Origin: an uncultured Candidatus Saccharibacteria bacterium
GTDB lineage: Bacteria > Patescibacteriota > Minisyncoccia > Phycocordibacterales > UBA2100
Direction of reading: 5' to 3'
Assembly: GCA_964584225.1 (NCBI GenBank)
Contig: CAZOZG010000001.1
Coordinates: 21,652 to 85,651 of the forward strand
DNA: 64,000 nt
Below are positions 9,373 through 16,982 of this stretch, one piece after another. Both the position numbers and the translations under genes were made by a program. Numbering within the stretch: position 1 is the first letter of the stretch; the number at the start of each line of letters is the position of its first letter. The notes beneath the pieces were generated by a model that saw only the letters and a list, made by a program, of their open reading frames with translations, had not been told where the DNA came from and ran no database searches.

Positions 9373-9990
9373 ATGCAGATGAACAAAAGCCGCCTGGAAA
9401 ATCTATCGGACGGCGTTTTCGCGATCGTGATGACGCTGCTCATCATCGAGATAAGCGTGCCATCGGTGCACGGGCCACTTGCGGGAGAGCTTTGGAAACT
9501 TGCGCCGCTTTTCCTAAGCTACTTTTTTAGCTTCGCAGTGCTCTCGAGCTTTTGCCTCGCGCACCATGGCTTTTTTCACGTCTTCGTGCGCACGGTCAAT
9601 CGGCCAATGATCCAGCTCAATATCTTGTATCTCTCGTTCATTTCGCTCATACCATTTTCAGCGCATTTGCTCGGCACCAACCTCGGCGATCAAACGGCCG
9701 TGCTGTGGTACGGAGCCAACATTTTTCTTGCCTCGTCCGTGGGGGTCATTATGTTTTGGTATGCGATCCATTCCGATGAGGTGCAGGTGGCTGATGCACC
9801 AAGGAGAACGATGCGACAGGCCCAAATTCGCTATTCTTTGGCGCCGATCCTTGCCCTGTGTGGTATCGTCGCTTCTTTTTATTCAATTCCGCTCGCGATT
9901 GTCCTCTATCTCATTCCCACCGTGATCAACGCGATCCCCGGAAGTCTCAATGTCATCGAGCGGCTTATCGGCATGCGCATTCCCGATTAG
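9373..9990 (+). CDS. TMEM175/DUF1211-like putative K+ channel, copy 1
   Basis: N-terminal RLENLSDGVFAIVMTLLIIEI signature; about 6 TM; paralog at 56871-57512. Confidence 0.6.
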   Translation: MQMNKSRLENLSDGVFAIVMTLLIIEISVPSVHGPLAGELWKLAPLFLSYFFSFAVLSSFCLAHHGFFHVFVRTVNRPMIQLNILYLSFISLIPFSAHLLGTNLGDQTAVLWYGANIFLASSVGVIMFWYAIHSDEVQVADAPRRTMRQAQIRYSLAPILALCGIVASFYSIPLAIVLYLIPTVINAIPGSLNVIERLIGMRIPD

Positions 9991-10001
9991 CCGATGCGGC
10001 G

Positions 10002-10331
10002 CTAGTGCAAGACGAGTGCGTCGATTTTCTTCAGGGTAAGCGTGAGGGGCCGCGTCGCGGCATCTCCGGAGAATTGATCCATCAGCTGATTCCTCATCGG
10101 AGAATCATCTGGTGCGAGTAAATTTCTATCAGTAAATTGTTCTGAATTCCCTCCGGTGATGCTGGAAGTTTGTTCGCTGGTGCTGTCGAATCCATTGATG
10201 AGATCTGCGCGCAGCCCTTCGTGTCGTTTGATGAGCGGGCCCTCTTCTCCGCCGATGGTCGTTTCGAGTCCACTGAGATACTGCTCGAACTGCGGGTCGG
10301 AGGCTTCGAGAGTTCCCATCGATTCAATCAT
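10002..10331 (-). CDS. hypothetical acidic protein
   Basis: Internal start chosen downstream of the minus-strand terminator of 10433-11455. Confidence 0.25.
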   Translation of the reverse strand: MIESMGTLEASDPQFEQYLSGLETTIGGEEGPLIKRHEGLRADLINGFDSTSEQTSSITGGNSEQFTDRNLLAPDDSPMRNQLMDQFSGDAATRPLTLTLKKIDALVLH

Positions 10332-10432
10332 GCAGGAATGATACCAGAGGTGAGCCTGCATCAATAAAAGGAAACCCCGAGCGTGAGCCCGGGGCTTTTT
10401 ATTCGGTCGAGTTCGCGGCTCGATGCCGCTCA

Positions 10433-11455
10433 CTATCCGATTTTCAGGCTCGGAATGAATTTGGTGTTCAACGGTTTCATCCGAGGCTCGGCGGGAAGAA
10501 TTCGCTTCACGCCGAGAGTTTGGCGGCTAAAGAACAGCCAACCGATGTTGAGGACTCGCACGAGTTGCGGGTCGACGTCGGCGCTGACCGTTTCAACGAT
10601 CATGGAGGTGGCCAGTCGCTTACGCTCGGGATCCGACTCGAAGAAGATCACAATGCCCTTGCTGACAATGATCGAGAGTGCGGCCGCAAGGAACCCTGCA
10701 AGAACCGCAATTTGTACAGCACGTACCGGGTCTTCCGCCGACGGCAGATATGTGCGCGTTGCCCATACCGTCACGCCGAGCGCCGTTGTGATGCAGATGC
10801 CGCATTCAGCGTGTTTTGCAATGTTATACAGCATCTTCCGAACCAGTCGAACAAACGACATGGCTGCACCTCCGAGAAACCAGCTCACGACGGTAAAACC
10901 GTAGAAGACTAGTTGTGATACGACGATCACCGCGAAGACTGAGCCGATCCATCCGATCTCGAGCAGTTTGCGAGTGAAAAAATACACCCGCCCACGTTCG
11001 TACTGCGCTCGCTCGGACAGTTTGTTGATCTCAGCAAACGGCTCCTCAGTCCATTCTTGCTTGAGAAGGAACGAATGCGACGTGAGGAAAAGCGCCCAGA
11101 CCGTAATCGGCAGCCAAGGGCTCATGACCGAGTCGATCTTGAAGAGCGCTACGAGCGAAAGGATGAATGCGAAGAACGCAAACACAGTCATCGCTGCCGC
11201 TCGCAACCGTGCGATTTTTTGCTCGATTGTGACTTCCCGCGCACGATACGCGGTCCACGCCGTCGCAATTTCCGCCTTGCTTGTGCAGACGCCGGTGTAG
11301 ATTTGCGGATGGAACCACCCGAGAGTGCCGAAGAGCGCGCATGCGCCGAGGACAATCATCGGATCATGCGTGAAGAAGCTGAAAATCAGAACGGCGATTA
11401 CCGTCCCGGAAAATGCTCCGGCAAAATGTTGCCAGATTGAACCAGAACAAATCAT
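10433..11455 (-). CDS. hypothetical polytopic membrane protein (340 aa)
   Basis: Long ORF with more than 8 hydrophobic helices, followed on the minus strand by a hairpin at about 10370-10400. Confidence 0.5.
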   Translation of the reverse strand: MICSGSIWQHFAGAFSGTVIAVLIFSFFTHDPMIVLGACALFGTLGWFHPQIYTGVCTSKAEIATAWTAYRAREVTIEQKIARLRAAAMTVFAFFAFILSLVALFKIDSVMSPWLPITVWALFLTSHSFLLKQEWTEEPFAEINKLSERAQYERGRVYFFTRKLLEIGWIGSVFAVIVVSQLVFYGFTVVSWFLGGAAMSFVRLVRKMLYNIAKHAECGICITTALGVTVWATRTYLPSAEDPVRAVQIAVLAGFLAAALSIIVSKGIVIFFESDPERKRLATSMIVETVSADVDPQLVRVLNIGWLFFSRQTLGVKRILPAEPRMKPLNTKFIPSLKIG

Positions 11456-11599
11456 GGTTTGTACCCTCTAGTTACCGAGTCCGAAGACCCACTTTCGCAA
11501 GTATATCTATGGGCGTGTATCGCGCTAGCCTATGGCGAATGCATCACTGGAAATGAGTGATTTGATATACTGCGCCGACTAGTAAGTAACAATCTCGAT

Positions 11600-11950
11600 A
11601 TGAAAAAATTTGTTGTGGTGTATCGCGTACCTTTAGAAGTGATGGCGGAGTGGCGCAAGAACACGTCGCAAGAGGAAATGATGAAGCAGGGGAAAGAGCT
11701 CGGTGGTCAGATGGAGGCATGGATGAAAAAGAATGAGAAATCATTTGTCGACAAAGGCAATCCGCTTGGGAAAAACAAGCGCCTGATGAAAGATGGCGTG
11801 CAGGATGTGAGCAACGATCTCAACTACTACCAGGTCGTCGAAGCCAATACTGTCGACGAAGTCATCACGATGTGCAAAGACAACCCGCACATCGCGGTCA
11901 TTCCCGAGGCGTTCCTCGACATCATGGAAGTCCCGCAGATGGGAATGTAA
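11600..11950 (+). CDS. YciI-like / dimeric alpha+beta-barrel family protein, copy 1
   Basis: 116 aa; C-terminal YQVVEANTVDEVITMCKDNPH pattern resembles YciI-like proteins; paralog at 14398-14748. Confidence 0.4.
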   Translation: MKKFVVVYRVPLEVMAEWRKNTSQEEMMKQGKELGGQMEAWMKKNEKSFVDKGNPLGKNKRLMKDGVQDVSNDLNYYQVVEANTVDEVITMCKDNPHIAVIPEAFLDIMEVPQMGM

Positions 11951-12022
11951 ACATCCGAGCCATTATAGGTCAGTTGCGGCTGGAGCGGTTCTGTTGCAGA
12001 ATCGCCGGTAGGAGAATCAATC

Positions 12023-12346
12023 ATGATCACACTTCTCGCCGAGAACGACAGCATCTCGCTGGTCGTCTATCTTCTGTTCTTCGCGTTCCTCGTCTGGTGT
12101 GGCAGACGCCAGCGTTTTTGGCCGGTCGCCGTACTCGGAGTCTGTACAGCAACGCTTGCCTATCTTCTGGCGCTCTATTGCCGGGCTGCGACCGGTCTGA
12201 GCCCTGAACTGCACGTCGCCACCGGTGCGTTCTTCCTTAGTGCCGCGACGGCTGTCATGTGCGCCATCAGCATGCGCACCATGATTCGCCAGCAAAAAAT
12301 GGACGAATACATCCGTTCGATCAAACATCGTAATATCGGCGACTAA
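12023..12346 (+). CDS. hypothetical small membrane protein
   Basis: 107 aa with 3 hydrophobic helices. Confidence 0.35.
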   Translation: MITLLAENDSISLVVYLLFFAFLVWCGRRQRFWPVAVLGVCTATLAYLLALYCRAATGLSPELHVATGAFFLSAATAVMCAISMRTMIRQQKMDEYIRSIKHRNIGD

Positions 12347-12354
12347 CCGCCGCA

Positions 12355-12392
12355 GAAAAAAGTGGCCGCCCTTGTGCGGCCACAACCTTTTA
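12355..12392. terminator. hairpin gtggccgc-ccttgt-gcggccac with flanking A/T runs (bidirectional)
   Basis: Between convergent genes; a second hairpin (agaccgccggtatgaaccagcggtct) follows at 12400-12432. Confidence 0.5.
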
Positions 12393-12444
12393 TAAAAGAG
12401 GAAGACCGCCGGTATGAACCAGCGGTCTTTTGAGTGCGCGATCT

Positions 12445-12525
12445 TCAGCTAAACGCGCCCATCAGGTAGGCGCCGAAGACGACGACACCAGCGATGATAA
12501 GCAGCCAGACGAAAGGACATTTCAT
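12445..12525 (-). CDS. 26-aa hydrophobic micropeptide (MKCPFVWLLIIAGVVVFGAYLMGAFS)
   Basis: ATG lies 5 nt after the TAG of the CPFC membrane-protein gene, with an aaggag SD. Positional homolog of 7708-7797. Confidence 0.35.
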   Translation of the reverse strand: MKCPFVWLLIIAGVVVFGAYLMGAFS

Positions 12526-12530
12526 TGGGG

Positions 12531-12872
12531 CTACTCCTTCTCTTTAAAATCCGCGTTTGGATCTTTGTTGAAGTGTGGAATCGTTTGGATGACGACTCCG
12601 CTCACAACAGACGCTACGCCGACGATCGCGAAGAGCGAAACGAATAGATCGATCGGCGCGAATGTCAGTATCACCACCGGGCGGTAGATGAGTGTCAGCG
12701 CTGCCGACACATAGAAGCTCGTGCAGAATGGGCACGAGAGTGGTCCGAGACCGCCCCACCGGCCAAATACCCAGCCTCGGATTTGCTTTGACACCTGCGC
12801 TCTCGTCAATGCGACGGAGATCGCTGAGGCAGCAAAGCCGAGGTACACAATCAGGATGAAACGATCGAGCAT
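12531..12872 (-). CDS. small 3-TM membrane protein with CPFCTSF motif (DUF1360-like), module copy 2
   Basis: 113 aa; paralog of 7800-8117. Confidence 0.5.
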   Translation of the reverse strand: MLDRFILIVYLGFAASAISVALTRAQVSKQIRGWVFGRWGGLGPLSCPFCTSFYVSAALTLIYRPVVILTFAPIDLFVSLFAIVGVASVVSGVVIQTIPHFNKDPNADFKEKE

Positions 12873-12888
12873 ACGAGACCCCCGTTTT

Positions 12889-12912
12889 TGCCGAAGAGCA
12901 CCCTAGCATGAA
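12889..12912 (-). promoter_or_regulatory. conserved upstream motif copy c (tgccgaagagcaccctagcatgaa)
   Basis: Same motif family. Confidence 0.4.
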
Positions 12913-12970
12913 GCTCCGGTAAAAGGAAAGGCCGCCCCTCGATTTTCTCGGGGCGGCCTTTTGCTGAAGG

Positions 12971-13408
12971 CTAGTTGGGAGCGAATAGTCGCAGCGACAT
13001 CGCCACAAATGTCACGAGCTTGGAATTCGCCTTCTCAAAGTTCAGCTCCTGGAGACGAATCAGCACGGCAGCCACGAGAAAGAGGCGGCCCTCCGTGAGC
13101 ATTGTCTTTGGCGAATTGCCGAGGCCCTTGTCTTTGCGTCGCACCCAACGCTGTACTTCTTTTTCCGATGTGAAGTGTCGCAACGCGAGCCGCCGGATCT
13201 TCACGAGCCACTCGGATCGGTCCAACACATCCATGTTTTGGAATTTCGTATTGGCGAGCCTGCGCCGAAGCGCGCGGATCTGCGCAGGCGTTCCGTTCAC
13301 GAGTCCGTAGACGCGTGCTCTTTCTTCGATCGAGAATCCGAGCTGCTCCAGCGCTTCAAAACCCGCGTGCACCTTCGCGCGGTATTTTTCAGCTTTCATC
13401 CATGCCAT
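12971..13408 (-). CDS. Xre-like/DUF2384-like protein, module copy 2
   Basis: 145 aa; shares the LGNSPKTMLTEG C-terminal pattern with 7194-7574; aaggag SD. Confidence 0.5.
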   Translation of the reverse strand: MAWMKAEKYRAKVHAGFEALEQLGFSIEERARVYGLVNGTPAQIRALRRRLANTKFQNMDVLDRSEWLVKIRRLALRHFTSEKEVQRWVRRKDKGLGNSPKTMLTEGRLFLVAAVLIRLQELNFEKANSKLVTFVAMSLRLFAPN

Positions 13409-13423
13409 CTTTTGTACTCCTTA

Positions 13424-13449
13424 TGCCGACCGGCACCCTAGCACAAAAG
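13424..13449 (-). promoter_or_regulatory. conserved upstream motif copy d (tgccgaccggcaccctagcacaaaag)
   Basis: Immediately upstream of the SD of 12971-13408. Confidence 0.45.
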
Positions 13450-13561
13450 AAAATCTTCGAAAATGGCGCGGTACAGCGCCAACACCAACGAGAAGAGGGA
13501 AATTCATAGCAACGTCTGCTATAGTGGCGCTCGGCAATAGTATTGAAAACGGAGGTTTCTC

Positions 13562-14314
13562 ATGGAGATGCAGACCAGGCGCTTCGCAGCGCCCGTAGTG
13601 CGCAGCTCTGAGAAGCTGCGCATCATGAGTTGGAATGTCTACTATGGCAACGGCGAGAGTCATGCCGCAGAAGTCATTGATGCGCTGCAGTCATTCGACG
13701 GCGACATACTCCTGCTCTATGAGTTGAGTTTGGGGTTGCGCCTTCCGATGCGAATTTCGGAATTGTATCGCTATGGTGTATTTGTCGATATGAACTATCG
13801 ACGATGGCTCTCGCCAGTCCCAGGTGGTGTCGCGCTGTTCTCACGATTTCCGATCGAGCGCTACCGTACTGTGAAAACGGCTAAAAATGGATTCTTGCGC
13901 GTACGGCGGTATTACCTTGAAACGCGCGTGACTCTATCGCCGGATTACACACTGACGATCGGCATGATTCACCACACGTTGCCGTTTGAGCTTGGCTACC
14001 GTAGTGCGTCGGAAACACTGCTGCGAGAAATATCAAAGCATCAAGAGAAATACGTGTTCGCTGCGGACTTAAACGCGATGCCGTCGTTCTGGATCACGAA
14101 GGAGATCGGAAAGCGACTCGTGCATCTGGGTCCGCAGTTAGCAATACCGAGCCATCCGGAGAATCGGTGGTTCGCAGACGTCACCCCACAACGACGTCTC
14201 GATTATGCGTTCGCGACTCCTGATGTCGCGGCCAGACGTACCAGTGCCCGATTTGGCGAGAGTAATCCGTCGGATCACAAGCCGCTGATCATCGATCTGG
14301 ATTTGAAAAAGTAG
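13562..14314 (+). CDS. endonuclease/exonuclease/phosphatase (EEP) family protein
   Basis: N-terminal LRIMSWNVYYG motif, C-terminal SDHKPLIIDL motif and an internal D..N motif, as in the EEP superfamily. Confidence 0.65.
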   Translation: MEMQTRRFAAPVVRSSEKLRIMSWNVYYGNGESHAAEVIDALQSFDGDILLLYELSLGLRLPMRISELYRYGVFVDMNYRRWLSPVPGGVALFSRFPIERYRTVKTAKNGFLRVRRYYLETRVTLSPDYTLTIGMIHHTLPFELGYRSASETLLREISKHQEKYVFAADLNAMPSFWITKEIGKRLVHLGPQLAIPSHPENRWFADVTPQRRLDYAFATPDVAARRTSARFGESNPSDHKPLIIDLDLKK

Positions 14315-14318
14315 ATTA

Positions 14319-14353
14319 GTGCGGCCGCGCAGAGCGCGGCCGCATTCTTTTTG
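14319..14353 (+). terminator. rho-independent terminator (gtgcggccgcgc-agag-cgcggccgca + tttttg)
   Basis: 12-bp stem plus T-tract. Confidence 0.65.
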
Positions 14354-14397
14354 CGGCGTTTTGCTATACTGTGCCTCTATTCGTTAGCATTTATTGT

Positions 14398-14748
14398 ATG
14401 AAGCAATACCTAGCAATGTTTATGGGTTCGACCGCAGCCTTCGATGCGTGGATGAAAATGCCGGAAGCGGATCGAAAAGAAAAAGAAAAAGCGGGCATGC
14501 AAGGCTGGATGAAATGGGCGACTGACAACAAAGCGAGCATCGTCAACATGGGCTCGCCTTTGGGGAAGACGAAACGTGTCGACAAGAGTGGCATTACGGA
14601 TATCAAAAACGAGATGGGCGCTTGGTGCGTCGTGCAGGCGAATTCGTACGACGATGCAGTGAAACTCTTCATAAACCACCCGCACTTCACGCTTTTCCCC
14701 GGTGAGCGCATCGAGGTGATGGAGTGCTTGCCGATTCCGTCGATGTAA
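14398..14748 (+). CDS. YciI-like / dimeric alpha+beta-barrel family protein, copy 2
   Basis: Paralog of 11600-11950 (shared GSPLGKTKRV, VVQANSYDDAV, NHPH); TATACT -10 upstream. Confidence 0.4.
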   Translation: MKQYLAMFMGSTAAFDAWMKMPEADRKEKEKAGMQGWMKWATDNKASIVNMGSPLGKTKRVDKSGITDIKNEMGAWCVVQANSYDDAVKLFINHPHFTLFPGERIEVMECLPIPSM

Positions 14749-14771
14749 GAGCTCGGATTTTGTTTTCTTGC

Positions 14772-14812
14772 AGCCCCGATAGTGCTGTGGCACTATCGGG
14801 GCGATTTGCTCT
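14772..14812 (+). terminator. rho-independent terminator (gccccgatagtgc-tgtg-gcactatcggggc)
   Basis: 13-bp stem plus T-rich tail. Confidence 0.6.
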
Positions 14813-14849
14813 TTGAGGTCAAAGGGCACGAAACAAAGAGGAGTGCCTC

Positions 14850-15383
14850 ATGCGCTCACGAATTTGCACTGTTGCACTGCTGTCTTGTTTGCTCGTGTCA
14901 CCAGCGATGAGCACCCAGCGAATTGCTCCGTGCGAAAAACGCCTGCAAGACTTGAAGGTCTACACGGACAAACAGATCCAAGCGAAGGATGCGTCGGAAG
15001 GCTATGCGACTTTTCGTGAAGCCGTGCAGCTTGGTCGGCGCAACTATCCCATCCCTGATCTTCAGGTCAAAGTTACCGATTGTGCGCCACTCGGCGACGA
15101 TGTGTTGTTGGCTCGCAAGGTTCCACTCTATGACAAACATGCGCCGATTAAATTCACGATCTACGTGTCGCTCGCGTTTTTGAGCAAGGCAGAAAAATCG
15201 GAAATCGTGCACGAGGCGCTCGCGCAAGTGTGCTTCGCTCACGTCCGGAAGGATCAGCGGACGAAACTCACGTCACAAGACGAGCTTGTCGCACTCTTGG
15301 TGCGCTCCCACATCTGCGCGGCGGATCTCGTCGGCGATGAAGTTCGTGCCGAATGGTTTCGTCGATTCCAGAAGATGCAATGA
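14850..15383 (+). CDS. hypothetical secreted protein (signal peptide)
   Basis: 177 aa with an N-terminal hydrophobic signal-like segment. Confidence 0.45.
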   Translation: MRSRICTVALLSCLLVSPAMSTQRIAPCEKRLQDLKVYTDKQIQAKDASEGYATFREAVQLGRRNYPIPDLQVKVTDCAPLGDDVLLARKVPLYDKHAPIKFTIYVSLAFLSKAEKSEIVHEALAQVCFAHVRKDQRTKLTSQDELVALLVRSHICAADLVGDEVRAEWFRRFQKMQ

Positions 15384-15458
15384 CGCTGCATGCGATATTC
15401 GCGCCGAACGTTTCGTCCGGCGCGAATCTTTTAAATCTCGATTTGGTATACTCTCTGC

Positions 15459-15941
15459 ATGAAACACGTCATCAATATTTCAGAATTACAGTTTCAAGCG
15501 AATCCCGCGCCGATGCCGGAGAGCGTCAAAGCGAAGTACGAAGGCGCGACTATCGCGCGATTTTCAGAGGGTATTGGCGCGAAGAAGCTCGGCTACAACA
15601 TCACCGCAGTCCCTGCCGGCAAACGTGCCTTTCCCGCACACAATCATCACAAAAACGAAGAGATGTTTTTCATTCTCGAGGGCGAGGGCGAAGTTCGGAT
15701 CGGCGCCGAGACGTTTCCAATCAAAAAGGGAGATTTTATCGCCTGTCCGCCCGGCGGCCCCGAGCTCGCGCATCAGATTATAAATACGGGAAAAAGCGAG
15801 ATGCGCTATGTTGCAGTGAGTACGAAAGAAGCACCCGAAATAGCGGAATATCCAGACAGCGGAAAATTCGGCGTCATGGATGAAACCATGCGCTTCATCG
15901 GCAAAAAGGATCAGTCCCTCAATTACTGGGATGGCGAGTAA
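15459..15941 (+). CDS. cupin domain protein
   Basis: AHNHHKNEEMFFILEGEG plus GDFIACPPGGPELAH is the two-motif cupin signature. Confidence 0.6.
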   Translation: MKHVINISELQFQANPAPMPESVKAKYEGATIARFSEGIGAKKLGYNITAVPAGKRAFPAHNHHKNEEMFFILEGEGEVRIGAETFPIKKGDFIACPPGGPELAHQIINTGKSEMRYVAVSTKEAPEIAEYPDSGKFGVMDETMRFIGKKDQSLNYWDGE

Positions 15942-16272
15942 ATAGCAGAAATGCGTTCAGGCACAGGAGCACGATGAGTACGACGTGCGAAAGCGCTTCA
16001 GGGCCCGTAAAACTCGCCCAGTTTCTGAGGTCATAGAGGAAATAGAGTCCATAGAAGGCGTTACCGGCTATCGCAAGGTACCGCAGCGGGTTTGGTTTGA
16101 AAAAAGAAGAGGTGCTAAAAAAGAGAAGAATGATAAAGACGAGATACCATGGCGTGGCATAGGTAAATTGAAACGCGGCTTCGTCCATCCAATTGAAGAG
16201 CAGCCACAAAATAAAGAGTGCGTTGCCGGCGCTCGCGAGGAATCGTAGCGAATTGAAGTCGTGCCGACTCAT
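15919..16272 (-). CDS. hypothetical membrane protein
   Basis: 117 aa with 3-4 aromatic-rich hydrophobic helices. Confidence 0.35.
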   Translation of the reverse strand: MSRHDFNSLRFLASAGNALFILWLLFNWMDEAAFQFTYATPWYLVFIILLFFSTSSFFKPNPLRYLAIAGNAFYGLYFLYDLRNWASFTGPEALSHVVLIVLLCLNAFLLFTRHPSN

Positions 16273-16542
16273 GAGTTCATTGTAGCGTTAATCGTAGATT
16301 CAGGAAGCCGCTGGATACTAAAGTGCATGTTTGCGGCTGCACCGGGGTTTATCATGGCACTCCTTTTTCTCCTCGGCGCTATCGTGGTGAGCGATCTTTT
16401 GATGGTGCAGGGGACGCCGCAGATCCCGAATACCGGCCTCGAGGCGAGCACGAGCGCATATACGGGCGCGGAGTGACCTCGAGTAGCCTGGGGAGTTTCC
16501 ATTTGCAATTTGCCCAAGCCTAGTGCATACTCGGCGAGTTCT

Positions 16543-16959
16543 ATGACAGTAGAAGCGACAGTCAAGAAGGCGCGCAAGCCGCGCGCCAAGAAAGCAGTTA
16601 ATAAAACTGCTGACGCTTCCGCTGCTCCCGTGCGCGCCAAAAAAGCAGATACCTCGCATCGCCTCCGGATTCGCGTGCGTGCCTATGAGCACGGCGTCTT
16701 GGATGGCGCGGTGAAGCAGATCATCGACGTCGCAGCGCGACACAATGCAGAAGTCATCGGCCCCGTGCCACTCCCGATCGATATCAAGAAATACACCGTG
16801 AATCGCGCGGCGTTTATCGATAAGGATTCGCGTGAGCAATTTGAAATTCGTATTCACAAGCGCATGATCGACATTCTGAATCCAGCGCCGAAAGTCATCG
16901 AAGCACTCACCAACATCGATCTGCCTTCCGGCGTCTCGATCGACGTGAAGATGATGTAA
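16543..16959 (+). CDS. rpsJ: 30S ribosomal protein S10 with ~35-aa Lys/Ala-rich N-terminal extension
   Basis: Core RLRIRVRAYEH...EIRIHKRMIDI matches S10; TTGCAA-17-CATACT promoter 12 nt upstream of the ATG. Confidence 0.9.
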   Translation: MTVEATVKKARKPRAKKAVNKTADASAAPVRAKKADTSHRLRIRVRAYEHGVLDGAVKQIIDVAARHNAEVIGPVPLPIDIKKYTVNRAAFIDKDSREQFEIRIHKRMIDILNPAPKVIEALTNIDLPSGVSIDVKMM

Positions 16960-16982
16960 GAAAAACACGATACACTGGCCGC

